A stretch of 44,382 nucleotides of DNA from Chrysochromulina tobinii (taxonomy: Eukaryota), in contig JWZX01003360.1 in assembly GCA_001275005.1 (NCBI GenBank), positions 1 through 44,382 of the forward strand, read 5' to 3'. This document shows, in pieces, positions 21,667 through 32,630 of the stretch. The translations under genes and the position numbers were made by a program. The notes below the pieces were generated by a model. That model was given only the letters and a program-made list of their open reading frames with translations. It was not told where the DNA came from and did no database searches. Every line of letters starts with the position of its first letter. Within the stretch, counting starts at the first letter, position 1.

Positions 21667-23470
21667 TCAGCTCGGAAACAGAGTCTCCCAGAACGCGCAG
21701 TGGGCCTGGTGCGGCGCGTGCACCGGGCCAAGCTCTCCCTCCGCGTCGGGCACGACGAGCATTTGGGTCATCCCCGCCGCGCCACCAATGCTCCGAGGCC
21801 AAGGAGGGCACGGTTGGCCTCCGTGGCCTCCGTGGCCTCCGTGGCCTGCGTGGCCGGCGCACCCCGCATTCGGGTCGGCGTTGGCCGCAAAGGCTGCCCA
21901 GTACCCGAGCATCACTTGCGAGAGAGTGCGTTCCTCCGTGGTGAAGTCGCAGATGGTCCAATTATTGGGCGGCCCGAGGTTGTCTGGAGCCGCCTCGGAC
22001 CCGAACACGTACCGAACCTCCGCGCCGTGCGTCGCCCAACGAAGTGTAGTCGGGAGTGGCTCAGGCGAGACTACGTCCAATTCCGGCCCGTTGTCGCAGC
22101 CCCAGCCCGGCGTCGTCGTGGCGGTCTCACCGCCCGAGACGGCGCCGCGGACACTGGCCGGCTGCGGCCCACTCCGCTGAGGCTGGAAGTGCGCAAACTC
22201 ATAGCTCCATACCCGGCGACCCGCGCTCGCCGCAAAGCCAGCCAGCCGGTACGACGGGCAGATGACGTATGCGTCGGCATCGGCCTGCAAGAAGGCCGCC
22301 TGCGGCGAGCCTCCATAAATGGAGAGCGGGTACTGCGCCTCAATTTGCGGCGCGTTGGCACCCCAAGCGGCCTTGAGTGCCTCGCGGTAGGCCGCCGCAT
22401 CCGTCTGGACGGGGTCTCCGGGGGTCAAGCCCAAGGTGGGTGCGGTGCCATAGAAGGCCGAGGTGCCGTCCTTTGACGTGTGCCCGATCAGCAACACGTC
22501 CGGGTTGATGTGCCCTTGCTTCCATGCGGCGTCCGTCGTGGTGGCCCCCATCACAAAGCTATCGGCGAAGTAGCCCGTAAAGTACGGCGCGACGGCCAGG
22601 TCGCTCATCAGCTCGTCCGGCCACTGTACCAACTCGGCCGAGACGGAGCGAAGCTCGGCGAGGGTCGAGACGTTAAGGTCGGCCATCACGCGCTGGCTCA
22701 CGTTGTGCGCGAGCGCGAGGCTCGATGGACCCCATCCGCGACCAGTGCTGGTCGGTGGGCCGCCTGCACACGGGCCCGACTGCAGCGCGGCACGCGTGAA
22801 GAGGCCGCGGGCTGCGGGCGCGACGCTGAGCACACACGAGAGGTAACCTCCCGACGACTCACCGAAGAGCGTGATGTCCGTCGCCCGCCCCCCGAAGGCC
22901 CCGATGTGCCTTCGGACCCAGTGCAGGCCTACGATGACGTCATTCATCCCGTTCATGCCACCTGAGCCGCCGCCGTCAAAGTCAAAGCCTGGCAGCGCGC
23001 CGATCGGCAGGAAGCCGAGCGCGCCCAGCCGATAGCTGACGGTCACGACGATCACGCCCTGCTGCAAGGCGAGCTGCGAACCGTTGAATTGGGCGTTGCC
23101 GGAGTAGCCGCTGCACAGTCCGCCACCATACACCCATACCATCACCGGGAGCTTTGCACCGGGCGCCGCGCTCGCAGGCCGGTAGACGTTGAGCGTCAGG
23201 CAGTCCTCATTTGGCGGCGGGCCCTCCTCGTAGCCCGGCGGCCGCGGGTCGCCGTCCGGGTTTTGCATGCATGGCGCGCCCATTCGGCTCGCATTGAACA
23301 CGCCACCCGCGTATGGCACCCGGCTCTCCACGGACGCGTGTAAAGCGCCGATTGCCCACGGGCGGCAGCGCAAAGGGAATGCCCGCGAAGCGATGGACGC
23401 CGGCAACGGCAGCGGTGCCCAAGATCACGCCGAGGTCAATGCGGACCGATGGCACAAGTCCTGACGCCAT
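21667..23470 (-). CDS. Type-B carboxylesterase/lipase (para-nitrobenzyl esterase-like); apparent frameshift near 23340
   Basis: FAGIPFALPPVGNRRF (ORF 23207-23512 frame), then EDCLTLNV, VWVYGGG, YRLGALGF, FGESSGG, HGAEV (ORF 21667-23406 frame). Confidence 0.88.
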
Positions 23471-23957
23471 CGCGGACGGATGCCCCGATCGACGGTGTGA
23501 ACTGTGAAGCAACTTGTGAAGCCTCGCTGTTCAACACAACGAGCAGCGCCCCACTCGGCGCGGTTTCGCAGCACAAGCGGCGTCGTGCGGTGATGATAGG
23601 AGATAGGAGTTGACTTGTGTGACCTTTTTTTCCTCACGAACAGGATAGGGGTCGTCGCACTCTTCCGGAGCAGTGGCGTTTGTCCTAAATTTCCATTTTT
23701 CCGAAAGCTAAGGTCCGCATGCGTAAGGACGAGCCCTTTTCCCCTCTGTGGATTCCGAACAGGAGAGGGGGTCGGGTACCGACCGGGTATGATGAATAGA
23801 TCATCTCCCTAACGGTATGTCGTATGATGAATGATCATCTCCCTAACATCTCCCCACAAAAGAGAAGACCTCAGGCATACCCCCAGCCCTGCGAACTGTC
23901 TGTTGGGCGCCCGCCAGAGCATATCCCCATAGCCTGTGAGAGACGGTCACCTTTATA

Positions 23958-25277
23958 TTAACGCCAGCACTTGGCGTGTTTGACGAGGGCAATCTCCCTA
24001 AGAAAGTTAGTGGCCACCCTTGACTCGCTGGCCGTCCACAGCAGATCGGGAAGGTGCGCGAGCATGATTGAGCGTCGACGCAGCCTTTCCTCGGCAGACA
24101 GGGCTGCTGCAGCCTCAGCGACGGCCCGCGTTGGGTCTCTCTCAAATGCGGCCTGAGGCACGATCTGGATGATCTCCCGCCATGGGATCGCGTGCGGGAA
24201 GGGCAGCCAATACACGTTCTTCTCGCCGACGATCAGTGGTATCTGCAGCATGCTGAACGCGTTCTGGATGCGGTCCGACGATTCGTCATCGCCGCGCATG
24301 AACAGGGTAAACTCGGATCGCTTGCGGAGGCGGAGCATGTCGGTGGGAGAGAGCTCGCGGCGGCAATAGTGCAGCGAGTCGCCGTGACACCGGGGCAGCT
24401 CGCTACGATTGAACAAGACAGGTCCGGCGCGCAGCGAGACGAGCGGCATGATCGTCATGGTGACCACGATGCTACGGTTGTCGAGGTGCGTGGACGCGTA
24501 TAGAAAGCGCTGCCTGTCTCTGTAAGGATGGCCCGGGCGGCAGCCAAGGCTGAACTCGATCTCAAACGGTCGTGGCGACGTCACAGAGGGCGTCAGAAAG
24601 TGACGCGGTGGCAGCCCCGTTGATGCCCTGGCACGGCGCCAGGGCGCGAGTGGATTCGCCAGGTCGGCGTCCGCCACGAAGCCGATGCCAACATGGCATG
24701 GAGGCTCGTGCCGAAAGTGCGCTTGCAGTATGCCGGGAAGCAAGCGATGGAGGCAGGATGCGGCGGTGCGGTTGCCGTAGCGCCACACTTGCGGCCAGCT
24801 GGCCGCGAGAAATATGTGGCGGCCGCGGTGCAGGTGTGGCCGCACAATGCTCGCAACAAGCTTGAGATGCTCGTCATCAGAGATGGACGCACACAAGCCC
24901 TCGGCCATCCAGTCCACCAATGCGGGCACGACAAAGACGCACGCCGAAGACATATCGTGCACCCGCCAAGGGTGCTGCTCGAGCGCATCTACGAGTAGCA
25001 ACGAGGATGAATACTTGCCCAGATGCTCGCTGCGGTTGCAAGCGCTGAATGACGGCATGGACGAGGTGTCATACATGAAGAAAGGCACCGACGAGATGTT
25101 GCCCTTAGGTCCCACAACTCCGGCGCAAAACGCAGGTGCAGAGGGCGGCGGCACTGGCGACGACGAGGCAGCGGCGCATTGTGTCACGCAGTGCACCGTC
25201 GCGCGCTTCGCGGGGCCGCATACCGACATACGTTCACGCAGCGCGAGCGGGTTCCATAAAAAGTTCAAGTTGTTCAT
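23958..25277 (-). CDS. Exostosin-family glycosyltransferase (GT47)
   Basis: WRVHDMSSACVFVVP, SEFTLFMRGDDESSDRIQNAF..IPLIV..LPFPHAIPW. Confidence 0.75.
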   Translation of the reverse strand: MNNLNFLWNPLALRERMSVCGPAKRATVHCVTQCAAASSSPVPPPSAPAFCAGVVGPKGNISSVPFFMYDTSSMPSFSACNRSEHLGKYSSSLLLVDALEQHPWRVHDMSSACVFVVPALVDWMAEGLCASISDDEHLKLVASIVRPHLHRGRHIFLAASWPQVWRYGNRTAASCLHRLLPGILQAHFRHEPPCHVGIGFVADADLANPLAPWRRARASTGLPPRHFLTPSVTSPRPFEIEFSLGCRPGHPYRDRQRFLYASTHLDNRSIVVTMTIMPLVSLRAGPVLFNRSELPRCHGDSLHYCRRELSPTDMLRLRKRSEFTLFMRGDDESSDRIQNAFSMLQIPLIVGEKNVYWLPFPHAIPWREIIQIVPQAAFERDPTRAVAEAAAALSAEERLRRRSIMLAHLPDLLWTASESRVATNFLREIALVKHAKCWR

Positions 25278-25460
25278 CCAGATAAGGTTGAAAACTCAGA
25301 ACCACGACCAAAGCAGCACTTCAAGGGATTCAGAAACGAGGAATCAATATTTGGATTTTGTCGTCGTCGCGGAATTCGTCAAATCGCGTGTCGGGGCAAT
25401 AGGCTCCCAGCCCCGGGGAACGGTCGGCTTTTCGCTCGAGGCAGTCGGGGAACCGAACGA

Positions 25461-26243
25461 ATGCCCTTCGACCTCACGGGCAAGTCGGCAGTGGTGACAG
25501 GCGCGGGCTCCGGGATCGGCCTGGAGGTTGCCAAGGCGCTCAGCAAAGCGGGTGCACAGGTGCACATCCTTGACCTCACTCTCGACATTTCACAGAAGGC
25601 GGTGGACGGCATCAATGCTACACGCCCGAAGCAGATGTGCGTCGCACACGCATGCGATGTGACGGATGAGAAATCCGTCGAAGCGACGTTCGACCTCGTG
25701 TGCAGTAAAGCGGCTCGCATCGACATCCTGATCAACAACGCCGGCATAGGAGCGGTCGGCACAGTGGAGCAGGCCACAAAGGATGAGATGGACAAGGTGT
25801 ACAAGGTCAATGTGCTCGGCGTGTTCTACTGCCTCAAGTACGGTGTGAAGAAGATGCTCGCTGACGGCAAAGGCGGGTCTATTGTCAATCTCGCTTCGAT
25901 CGCGTCGCTCATCGGCCTGGCCGACCGCTTTGCCTATTCTGCGTCAAAGGGCGCCGTCCTCACGATGACCAGATCTGTCGCCATCGACTACGTCAAGAAG
26001 GGCATCCGGTGCAACTGCGTGTGCCCGGGGCGTGTGCATACGCCCTTTGTGGACGCCTACCTGAAGAAGAACTACCCCGGCAAGGAGAAGGAAGTCTTCA
26101 ACACCCTCGCCGCGTGGCACCCGATGGGACGGATGGGGAAGCCGGAGGAAGTGGCGGCCCTCATCTTGTACTTGTGCTCGGACGAGGCCGGATTTGTCAC
26201 TGGCGCCGCCTACCCGATCGATGGCGGACGTAGCAGCCTATGA
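25461..26243 (+). CDS. Classical short-chain dehydrogenase/reductase (2-keto-3-deoxy-L-fuconate dehydrogenase/DHRS6-like)
   Basis: TGAGSGIG, NNAG, YSASK, PGRVHTPFV; intronless. Confidence 0.9.
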   Translation: MPFDLTGKSAVVTGAGSGIGLEVAKALSKAGAQVHILDLTLDISQKAVDGINATRPKQMCVAHACDVTDEKSVEATFDLVCSKAARIDILINNAGIGAVGTVEQATKDEMDKVYKVNVLGVFYCLKYGVKKMLADGKGGSIVNLASIASLIGLADRFAYSASKGAVLTMTRSVAIDYVKKGIRCNCVCPGRVHTPFVDAYLKKNYPGKEKEVFNTLAAWHPMGRMGKPEEVAALILYLCSDEAGFVTGAAYPIDGGRSSL

Positions 26244-26469
26244 GGAACGGATGCCGGGACAGGATGCGAGTGAGCGTGCAATGACCTGGTCCATGTTGAC
26301 GAGGCCGCTGCGGTGTTATGGATTGCTGGAATCGGCCCGCGTGCCCGTGTCGCAGTGTCGGGACCGTTTGGGGGTGAGTGATCGAACCAGAATCTCGCGG
26401 AATCGCTGTCCAGGTCTCGCAAAAGCGAGATTCGCACCGTTTTTGGAAAGGTGTGAGGTGGGAGACACG

Positions 26470-29400
26470 ATGCCTCCGTCTTTCGAAGCCACCACTGACG
26501 CCGACGCGTCCAACGACGCAAAGCGCTTCAAGGCGCACCCGGTTGTGAGCACGTCTGCATCGTTGATCTCACAGCCATCGCTGACGTCCACATCGCCAAT
26601 AAATGAGCCCGAGAGCCGCAATGAGTGGGCTGCAAAGATGGCAGGGGGTGTCGTCGACTTGTCCAGCGAGGGCTTTCTGACGCCGCTCCGCTTCGGTGGC
26701 ATTGTGCACATTTTGTCTAGCCCGGAATGCTGCACCACGGACTTGGACTTGCATCACCTCAGTCTGGGCCCCGTGTGTTCCAAGCTGCTGGCCGGTGCCG
26801 TCGCGTCGAACTCATCGTTGAAGCGGCTGAACATCGAACGAACTGGGCTCGGGATCGCGGGCGGCGTTGCTCTGGGCGAAGCGCTGAGGTGCAACACGAC
26901 TCTTGTGAGGCTCGACATGAATGTCAATGACATCGCCCCGCTTGGCGGCATGGCGATCGCCGCAGGGCTGCAGAGCCACCCGTCCCTGACAGAGCTGTCA
27001 CTCGCAAAGTGCGGTCTCGGTCCAGGCGGCGCCAAGGCGCTCGGCGCGGCGCTAGAGACGAATACGAGCATTCGCACCCTCGATATGACCCAGAACGACG
27101 TGGGTATCGAGGGCGGCGTCGCCTTTGGCAGGGCGCTCGCACTGAACGCGACGCTCCGCTCGCTTAGCCTGCGTTGCAATCGCATCTCGACAGGCCTGAG
27201 CACGGAGCGCGCGACGGCCTTTGCCGACGCGCTCGAGGTCAACGCCACCCTGACGTTCCTCGACTTTGCCCAGAACGAGCTTGGCCCGCTCGGTGGCGTC
27301 GCGTTCGCCAAGGCCATCGAGAGGAACAAGTCGCTCACCACGCTCGACTTGCAGGTGCGCCTCCACTGATGAGCTCTGATGAGCTCTGATGACATCTGAT
27401 GACATCTGATGACATCTGATTGCCTCGACTTGCAGCGCAACGAGCTCGGCGCGACGGGCAGCGCCGCTCTGTGCACAGCCGTCGGGCGGAATGCATGCTT
27501 GCGCACCCTGAATCTCAAGGAGAACGAGATGGGCGTCGAGGGGGCGCGCGCGCTCTCGAGCGCTCTCGCGCTCAATACGGCGCTCACGAGCCTCAACGTG
27601 GCCTTGAACGGCTTTGGGTCCGAAGGCGGTGCCGCCTGGGCCGCCGCCTTGGTGCTCAACACGACGCTACTCAGCCTGTCGATCGATTCGAACGGGCTCG
27701 GCGAGGAGGGCGGCGAGGCGCTCGCGACGGCGCTCGTGCACAAGCACCCCGCTCTCACGTTCCTCAGGTTCGTCACGTGATTACCACTGAGTGCCACTGA
27801 GTGCCACTGAGTGCCACTGAGTGCCACTGATTGCCACTGAGTGCCACTGATTGCCACCGACTCATCATCAAGACGCTCTCACGTTCCTCAGGTTCGTCAC
27901 GTGATTGCCACTGAGTGCCACTGTGTGCCACTGACTGATCATCACGACGCTCTCACGTTCCTCAGCGCGTCCTCTAACGGGTTCGGCTCGTCGGGCGCGT
28001 CGCTGGGCCGTGCCGTTCACGCTTGCCCGGCGCTGCGCAAGCTGGCCCTCGAGGACAACAAGATCGACGACGAGGGCGGCGTGGCGCTGTGCGATGCCTT
28101 CGCAGCTCAGGCGGAGCTCGTCGATCTCAATCTCGCCTTCAACGAGATCAGCGCACTGCCCATCGAGTGCCAATTACGTCTCGCCCAAAAGATGTCCTCA
28201 CCAACGGCCCTCCTCGACCTCAGCGGCAACATGCTCTCCTCACCGCCCCTGGCACACCGCGCTGCGCCCCAGATGCTCAGCGACTACCTGCGGCTGCTCG
28301 CCGCGGAGCCACATCCTCTCGAGCGCCTTCGCCTGATGGTCGTGGGCTTCGGTGGCGTGGGCAAGACGACCTTCTGCGGCGCCGTCACGTGCCCGTCGGA
28401 CGAGCGTGGCACGTACCACGCGTCGCTCTCTCACTGCTCTACCTGGGACAGCCGCATGATGGCCTCGTGGGCGCGTGGCCTTGCGACCCAACGCGGCCAC
28501 GCGTGGGCTGAGAAAGTCGCCGCCGTGCTCACGGAGCACTCAATCTGCGGTGCCGATCTGCCCTCGTTGCTGCAGTCGACTGAGCCGGGAGGAGGCGGCG
28601 GAGGAATCGGAGGCGGCCTCGAGCTCCGACCGGTCGCTGAGGGGCTCGGTGCACTGCTCGGGACGGCCGAATGTCCTTGCACCGACTTCGGCCCATCGCC
28701 CAGGCTCGACGCCCTTGGGAGTGCTGGTAGGCTCGACCCTCGCGAGGACCTGCCTCGCATGCAAGTGCTCCGCACGGCGCCCCGTTCCCCTCTTCACAGG
28801 TGGACTCGACCCGCGCATGCAAGTGCTCACCACGGCGCCCCATCCCCCTCTTCACAGGTGGACTCGACCCGCGCGAGTGCCAGCAGCTCGCCCTCGCGAT
28901 CGGCTCGCTGCTTCGGAAGGGCTACTTCTCGACTGTCGGTGCGGTCAAAGTCGAGGGCTCGCTGCAGCTCCCGATGCCGGACTACGGCGGCCCTATCAGC
29001 ACACGCGAGTGCTCGCTCGTCGACTTCGCAGGCCAGATGGAGTATCTCGTCTCTCACCAGCTACTGCTCGCTTCGATGCACACGCTGTGCGTCCTCATCC
29101 AGCCGCTCGGCTCGTTTGCCGATGCGACCAACCGCCGGCACGGCAGCTGGCGGTACTGGCTGCAGTTCTTAAGAGCCCTCGGTGACCGACGTGGCAATTC
29201 GATGGTGCTCAGCGTCTCTCAACTCGACAAGGTGCCGACGGAGGAGATGAGCGCGGCACGCGCCGCCGTAACGGCCGAGTTCGCCGCGCTCCGCGCCCAG
29301 GTGGGCGCCGGGTTGGGCGAATCTCCCCTCGAGCTCGATTACCGACCCGACGAGATCGAGAGCTCGCTGCTGGAGGCGCGGCGCCGGCTGAGCGAGGCCG

Positions 29401-30872
29401 CGGAGGCGGTCTCAAAGGACTGGTGGGTACCCATGAGCTATGATTGCCTCTGATGAGCTATGATTGCCTCCCTCATCAGAGGCGGTCTCAAAGGACTGGT
29501 GGGTGCCCATGAGCCATGAGCGGCTCGCGGACCTGCCTTGCATGCATGGGCTCACCACGGCGCCTCACCTCCCTCCCTTCCCCACAGGTGGGTGCCCAAG
29601 AGCTATGAGCGGCTCGCGGAGGTGGTGCGCGCCATAGGCCACTCGAAGGCACAGCAGCGCGCCCTACCCATCCTGACTCGGGCAGAGCTGCAGGCGGCGG
29701 TCGAGGCCGCGGGGCAGGAGAGCCTTGTGCGGATGTGCTCCGACCCGTTGCTCCTGCAGCGCGGAGTCGATTACCTCGAGGCCGTCGGCGATGTGATGAG
29801 CGACCCTCGGCTGGATGTGCTTCTCCTCGATCCTGTGGGCTGGTTCGCGGCGTTCCTAGCGCACTTCATTCGTGACGACGGCAATCCGCCGGCGGAGATT
29901 GTGAGGGGGATCGTGACGCTCTCGGATGTGGTCAGGGCGCTGCGCCATGAGTACACCGCGCCCGAGCAGCAAGTGCCCGAGGTGATGAGCCTCGTGTGCA
30001 ACCTCGAGCTCTGCATTGAGCTGTGTGCTCTCGAGAGGACGGGGGAGGCCGGCGCGGGCTCCTACCTCTTTCCGTGCCTCCTGCCCGCCGCCACGCCTGC
30101 CGAGGTGGCGGCTCATTGGCCGGTAGGCAGCTGCCCAGTCCCCCACCCCGTCCTGGGCGCGGCGGCATGCGCTCAGGACGGCGCCGCGCTCGTCGTCCGC
30201 GGCCACCGCTTCCGTGCGCGGGAGGGCTTCGTGCCCCCTGGGCTCTTCCCCACACTGGTCGCGCGCCTCGCGAGGCTGCCGGAGCGCTGCGTGCACTCGT
30301 CGCGCCTGTGGAAAGACAAGGCCGTCGTGCGCTTCCGCGAGGCGTCCGCGCTCCTCCGTGTCGACCTGTCGGCCGCGACACTCGACATCGTCGTGGCCGC
30401 TCCAACCGATGCTCTCCACTTTGTAGGGGCCGCCAAGGGCCAAGCCAGCGCGCTCCGTTGGCTGGCGCACCTCGTTCGCCAGATGCTCGCTCGTGCGTAC
30501 TCACAGATCGTCTTTGACGAAACCTGGCTGTGCCCTTCGCCGAGCTGCCACGGACTGCCAATGACGAAACCTGGCACTGGCCAGCCATTGACGAAACCTG
30601 GCACTGGCCAGCCATTGACGAAACCTGGCCCTGGCCAGCCAGTGGTGCCAGCTGCCGAGGTCGGCCCTGGATTCGGGGTGTATCGCGGCACCGAGTTCGA
30701 GCTCCAGCCGATCAAGATGAGAGCCGGCCACGTGTGCGAGGACGAGGGCTGCTGGCACTTTCTCGGAACTGGCCACTCGAAGGAGCGACTCGACTTGTGC
30801 ACCCCTTGCGAGTCGAGCCTGTGCACGGGCTGTGGCCAGACGCCCTACTTTCGTCTCGAGGCTGGGAGGTGA
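26470..30872 (+). CDS. Roco-type protein: RNI-like LRRs, Roc GTPase with SAM-like insert, COR; introns approx. 27355-27435, 27768-27965, 28727-28857, 29423-29587; start and end uncertain
   Basis: LRR units NxTLxxLDL; LMVVGFGGVGKTT (G1), STVG, DFAGQMEYLVSHQ (G3), SQLDK (G4), VPKSY, YLFPCLLP, VPPGLFPTL. Confidence 0.85.
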
Positions 30873-31212
30873 GCTCTCTACTGTTTCGTCTCGAGGCTGG
30901 GAGGTGAGCTCTCTACTGTTTTGTCTCGAGGCTGGGAGGTGAACTCTCTACTGTTTTCGTCTCGAGGCTGGGAGGTGAGCTCTCTACTGTTTCGTCTTGA
31001 GGCTGGGAGGTGAGCTCTCTACTGTTTTGTCTCGAGGCTGGGAGCAGGTGAACTCTCTACTGTTTTGTCTTGAGGCTGGGAGGTGAGCTCTCTACTGTTT
31101 TCGTCTCGAGGCTGGGAGGTGAACTCTCTACTGTTTTGTCTTGAGGCTGGGAGGTGAGCTCTCTACTGTTTTCGTCTCGAGGCTGGGAGGTGAACTCTCT
31201 ACTGTTTTGTCT
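30849..31212. repeat. Minisatellite, about 35-37 bp x10 (tcgtctcgaggctgggaggtgagctctctactgtt)
   Basis: Ten near-identical contiguous units with no spacers; first unit overlaps the Roco 3' end. Confidence 0.92.
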
Positions 31213-31517
31213 ACAAGTCCTGAGTGACGAGCTGCGACGATACCGAGTGCATGCGGGCTGGTGTGAGCCTGGCGAAACACTTCGCCCTGGCGTTTCGATG
31301 AGCATGAGGCAGATGGACTGGAGTTTAAGCTTTACAAAAAAACCCGCCCTAGTTCACACCCCCATTGTTCAGTTCAGTATGTTCACGGAGGCGGAGCATC
31401 CAAGTTCTACAGCCATGCAGCACAAAGCCTAGCACGACGGGCTCCGCGACTTCTTCGGGCGTTTGGCGCGAGGCCGCGGCGCGAATCCGCGCCAAGCCCG
31501 TGACCCCGCGGCCGTTG

Positions 31518-32630
31518 ATGGCCGTGGCACAGCAGGTGAGAGCCGAGTTCGACTCGATCCCGGAGCACATGGCGTCGCAGCCTTTGCCTTCCACGCTTAA
31601 AGTGTGGCAAGCTTGGCCAGGCCGACACACCTTCTGCTGCGACGGACGCGTGATGGTTGGCCCCGACTTTGGCGTCACCGTCTTCGCCGCGACGCTCACG
31701 ACCGGCACATGCGTCACCTTCTGGGTGTTCGTCTGCACGTCGCTGCCCGTGCCCGCCTTCGTGGTTGGCGCGGTCCTGTTCCTGATGACGATGGGGTTCC
31801 TCGTGCTGACCGCCACCACCGACCCGGGCATCGTGCCGAGCAACCGTGGCATGGAGCAAGCCGAGATCGATGCGTGCGCGCAGGCGCAGCGCACCGTCGA
31901 GATCAACGGAGTGACGATTCAGCTTAAGTGGTGTCGTACCTGCCACATCTTCCGGCCACCGCGCGCGGCGCACTGCTCCGAGTGCAATGTGTGCGTCGAG
32001 CGCTTCGACCACCATTGCCCGTGGATGGGTCAGTGCATCGGCCGGCGCAACTACCGCTTCTTTCTCGGGTTCGTCAACTCGTGCTGCCTCCTGTGCTCCT
32101 ACACGCTCGGCCTCACGTGCGTCTTCATCTACCGAGTGGCGACGATGGACGGCGTCAAGCACGGCGACTTCTTTAGCCACGCGATGGCGCGCGCGCCCGC
32201 GGGCGTCGCAATCGTCGCCTTCTGCGCCCTCATCTTGCTCTGCGTCGGCCCGCTTGCATGCTACCACTACTCGCTCGTGTGCTCCAACAAGACGACGTCG
32301 GAGGAAATCAAGGAGTTATACACACAGAGCAATCCCTTCGACCGCGGAGTGTGCGGCAACTGCAACGAGGCGTGCTGCGTGGCCATAGAGGCGCCGCGGC
32401 TCCAGCCGCGCGCCCTCGTCACCGAGCCCTTGGAGACGGGCCGCGAAGGGCTCATCGACGCGTCCCTCCGCGATGCCAATGCTGGCTTCACGTCCACGTC
32501 GGAAAGCTACGACGGCAGTCCGGACGGGCTTGAGGCCTGTAGCCCGGAGCCGGACGAGGAGCGCGACGACGCGCCCGCTCGGCATGCGTTCACACGGGTC
32601 GTGCCGAGCGAGAGCAAAGGTATCAATTGA
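31518..32630 (+). CDS. DHHC palmitoyltransferase (ERF2/ZDHHC9-14-18-like)
   Basis: WPGRHTFCCDGR, DPG, KWCRTCHIFRPPRAAHCSECNVCVERFDHHCPWMGQCIGRRNYRFF, TTSEE; ATG could alternatively be 31569. Confidence 0.93.
   Translation: MAVAQQVRAEFDSIPEHMASQPLPSTLKVWQAWPGRHTFCCDGRVMVGPDFGVTVFAATLTTGTCVTFWVFVCTSLPVPAFVVGAVLFLMTMGFLVLTATTDPGIVPSNRGMEQAEIDACAQAQRTVEINGVTIQLKWCRTCHIFRPPRAAHCSECNVCVERFDHHCPWMGQCIGRRNYRFFLGFVNSCCLLCSYTLGLTCVFIYRVATMDGVKHGDFFSHAMARAPAGVAIVAFCALILLCVGPLACYHYSLVCSNKTTSEEIKELYTQSNPFDRGVCGNCNEACCVAIEAPRLQPRALVTEPLETGREGLIDASLRDANAGFTSTSESYDGSPDGLEACSPEPDEERDDAPARHAFTRVVPSESKGIN

Noticed and set aside
23783..23856. Duplicated gtatgatgaat(a)gatcatctccctaac resembling a box C snoRNA or telomeric CCCTAA
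   Set aside because: No matching D box or terminal stem, and only single CCCTAA units; looks like a local duplication
30849..31212. CRISPR-like array of about 35-bp repeats
   Set aside because: Units are contiguous with no unique spacers; eukaryotic context and no cas genes
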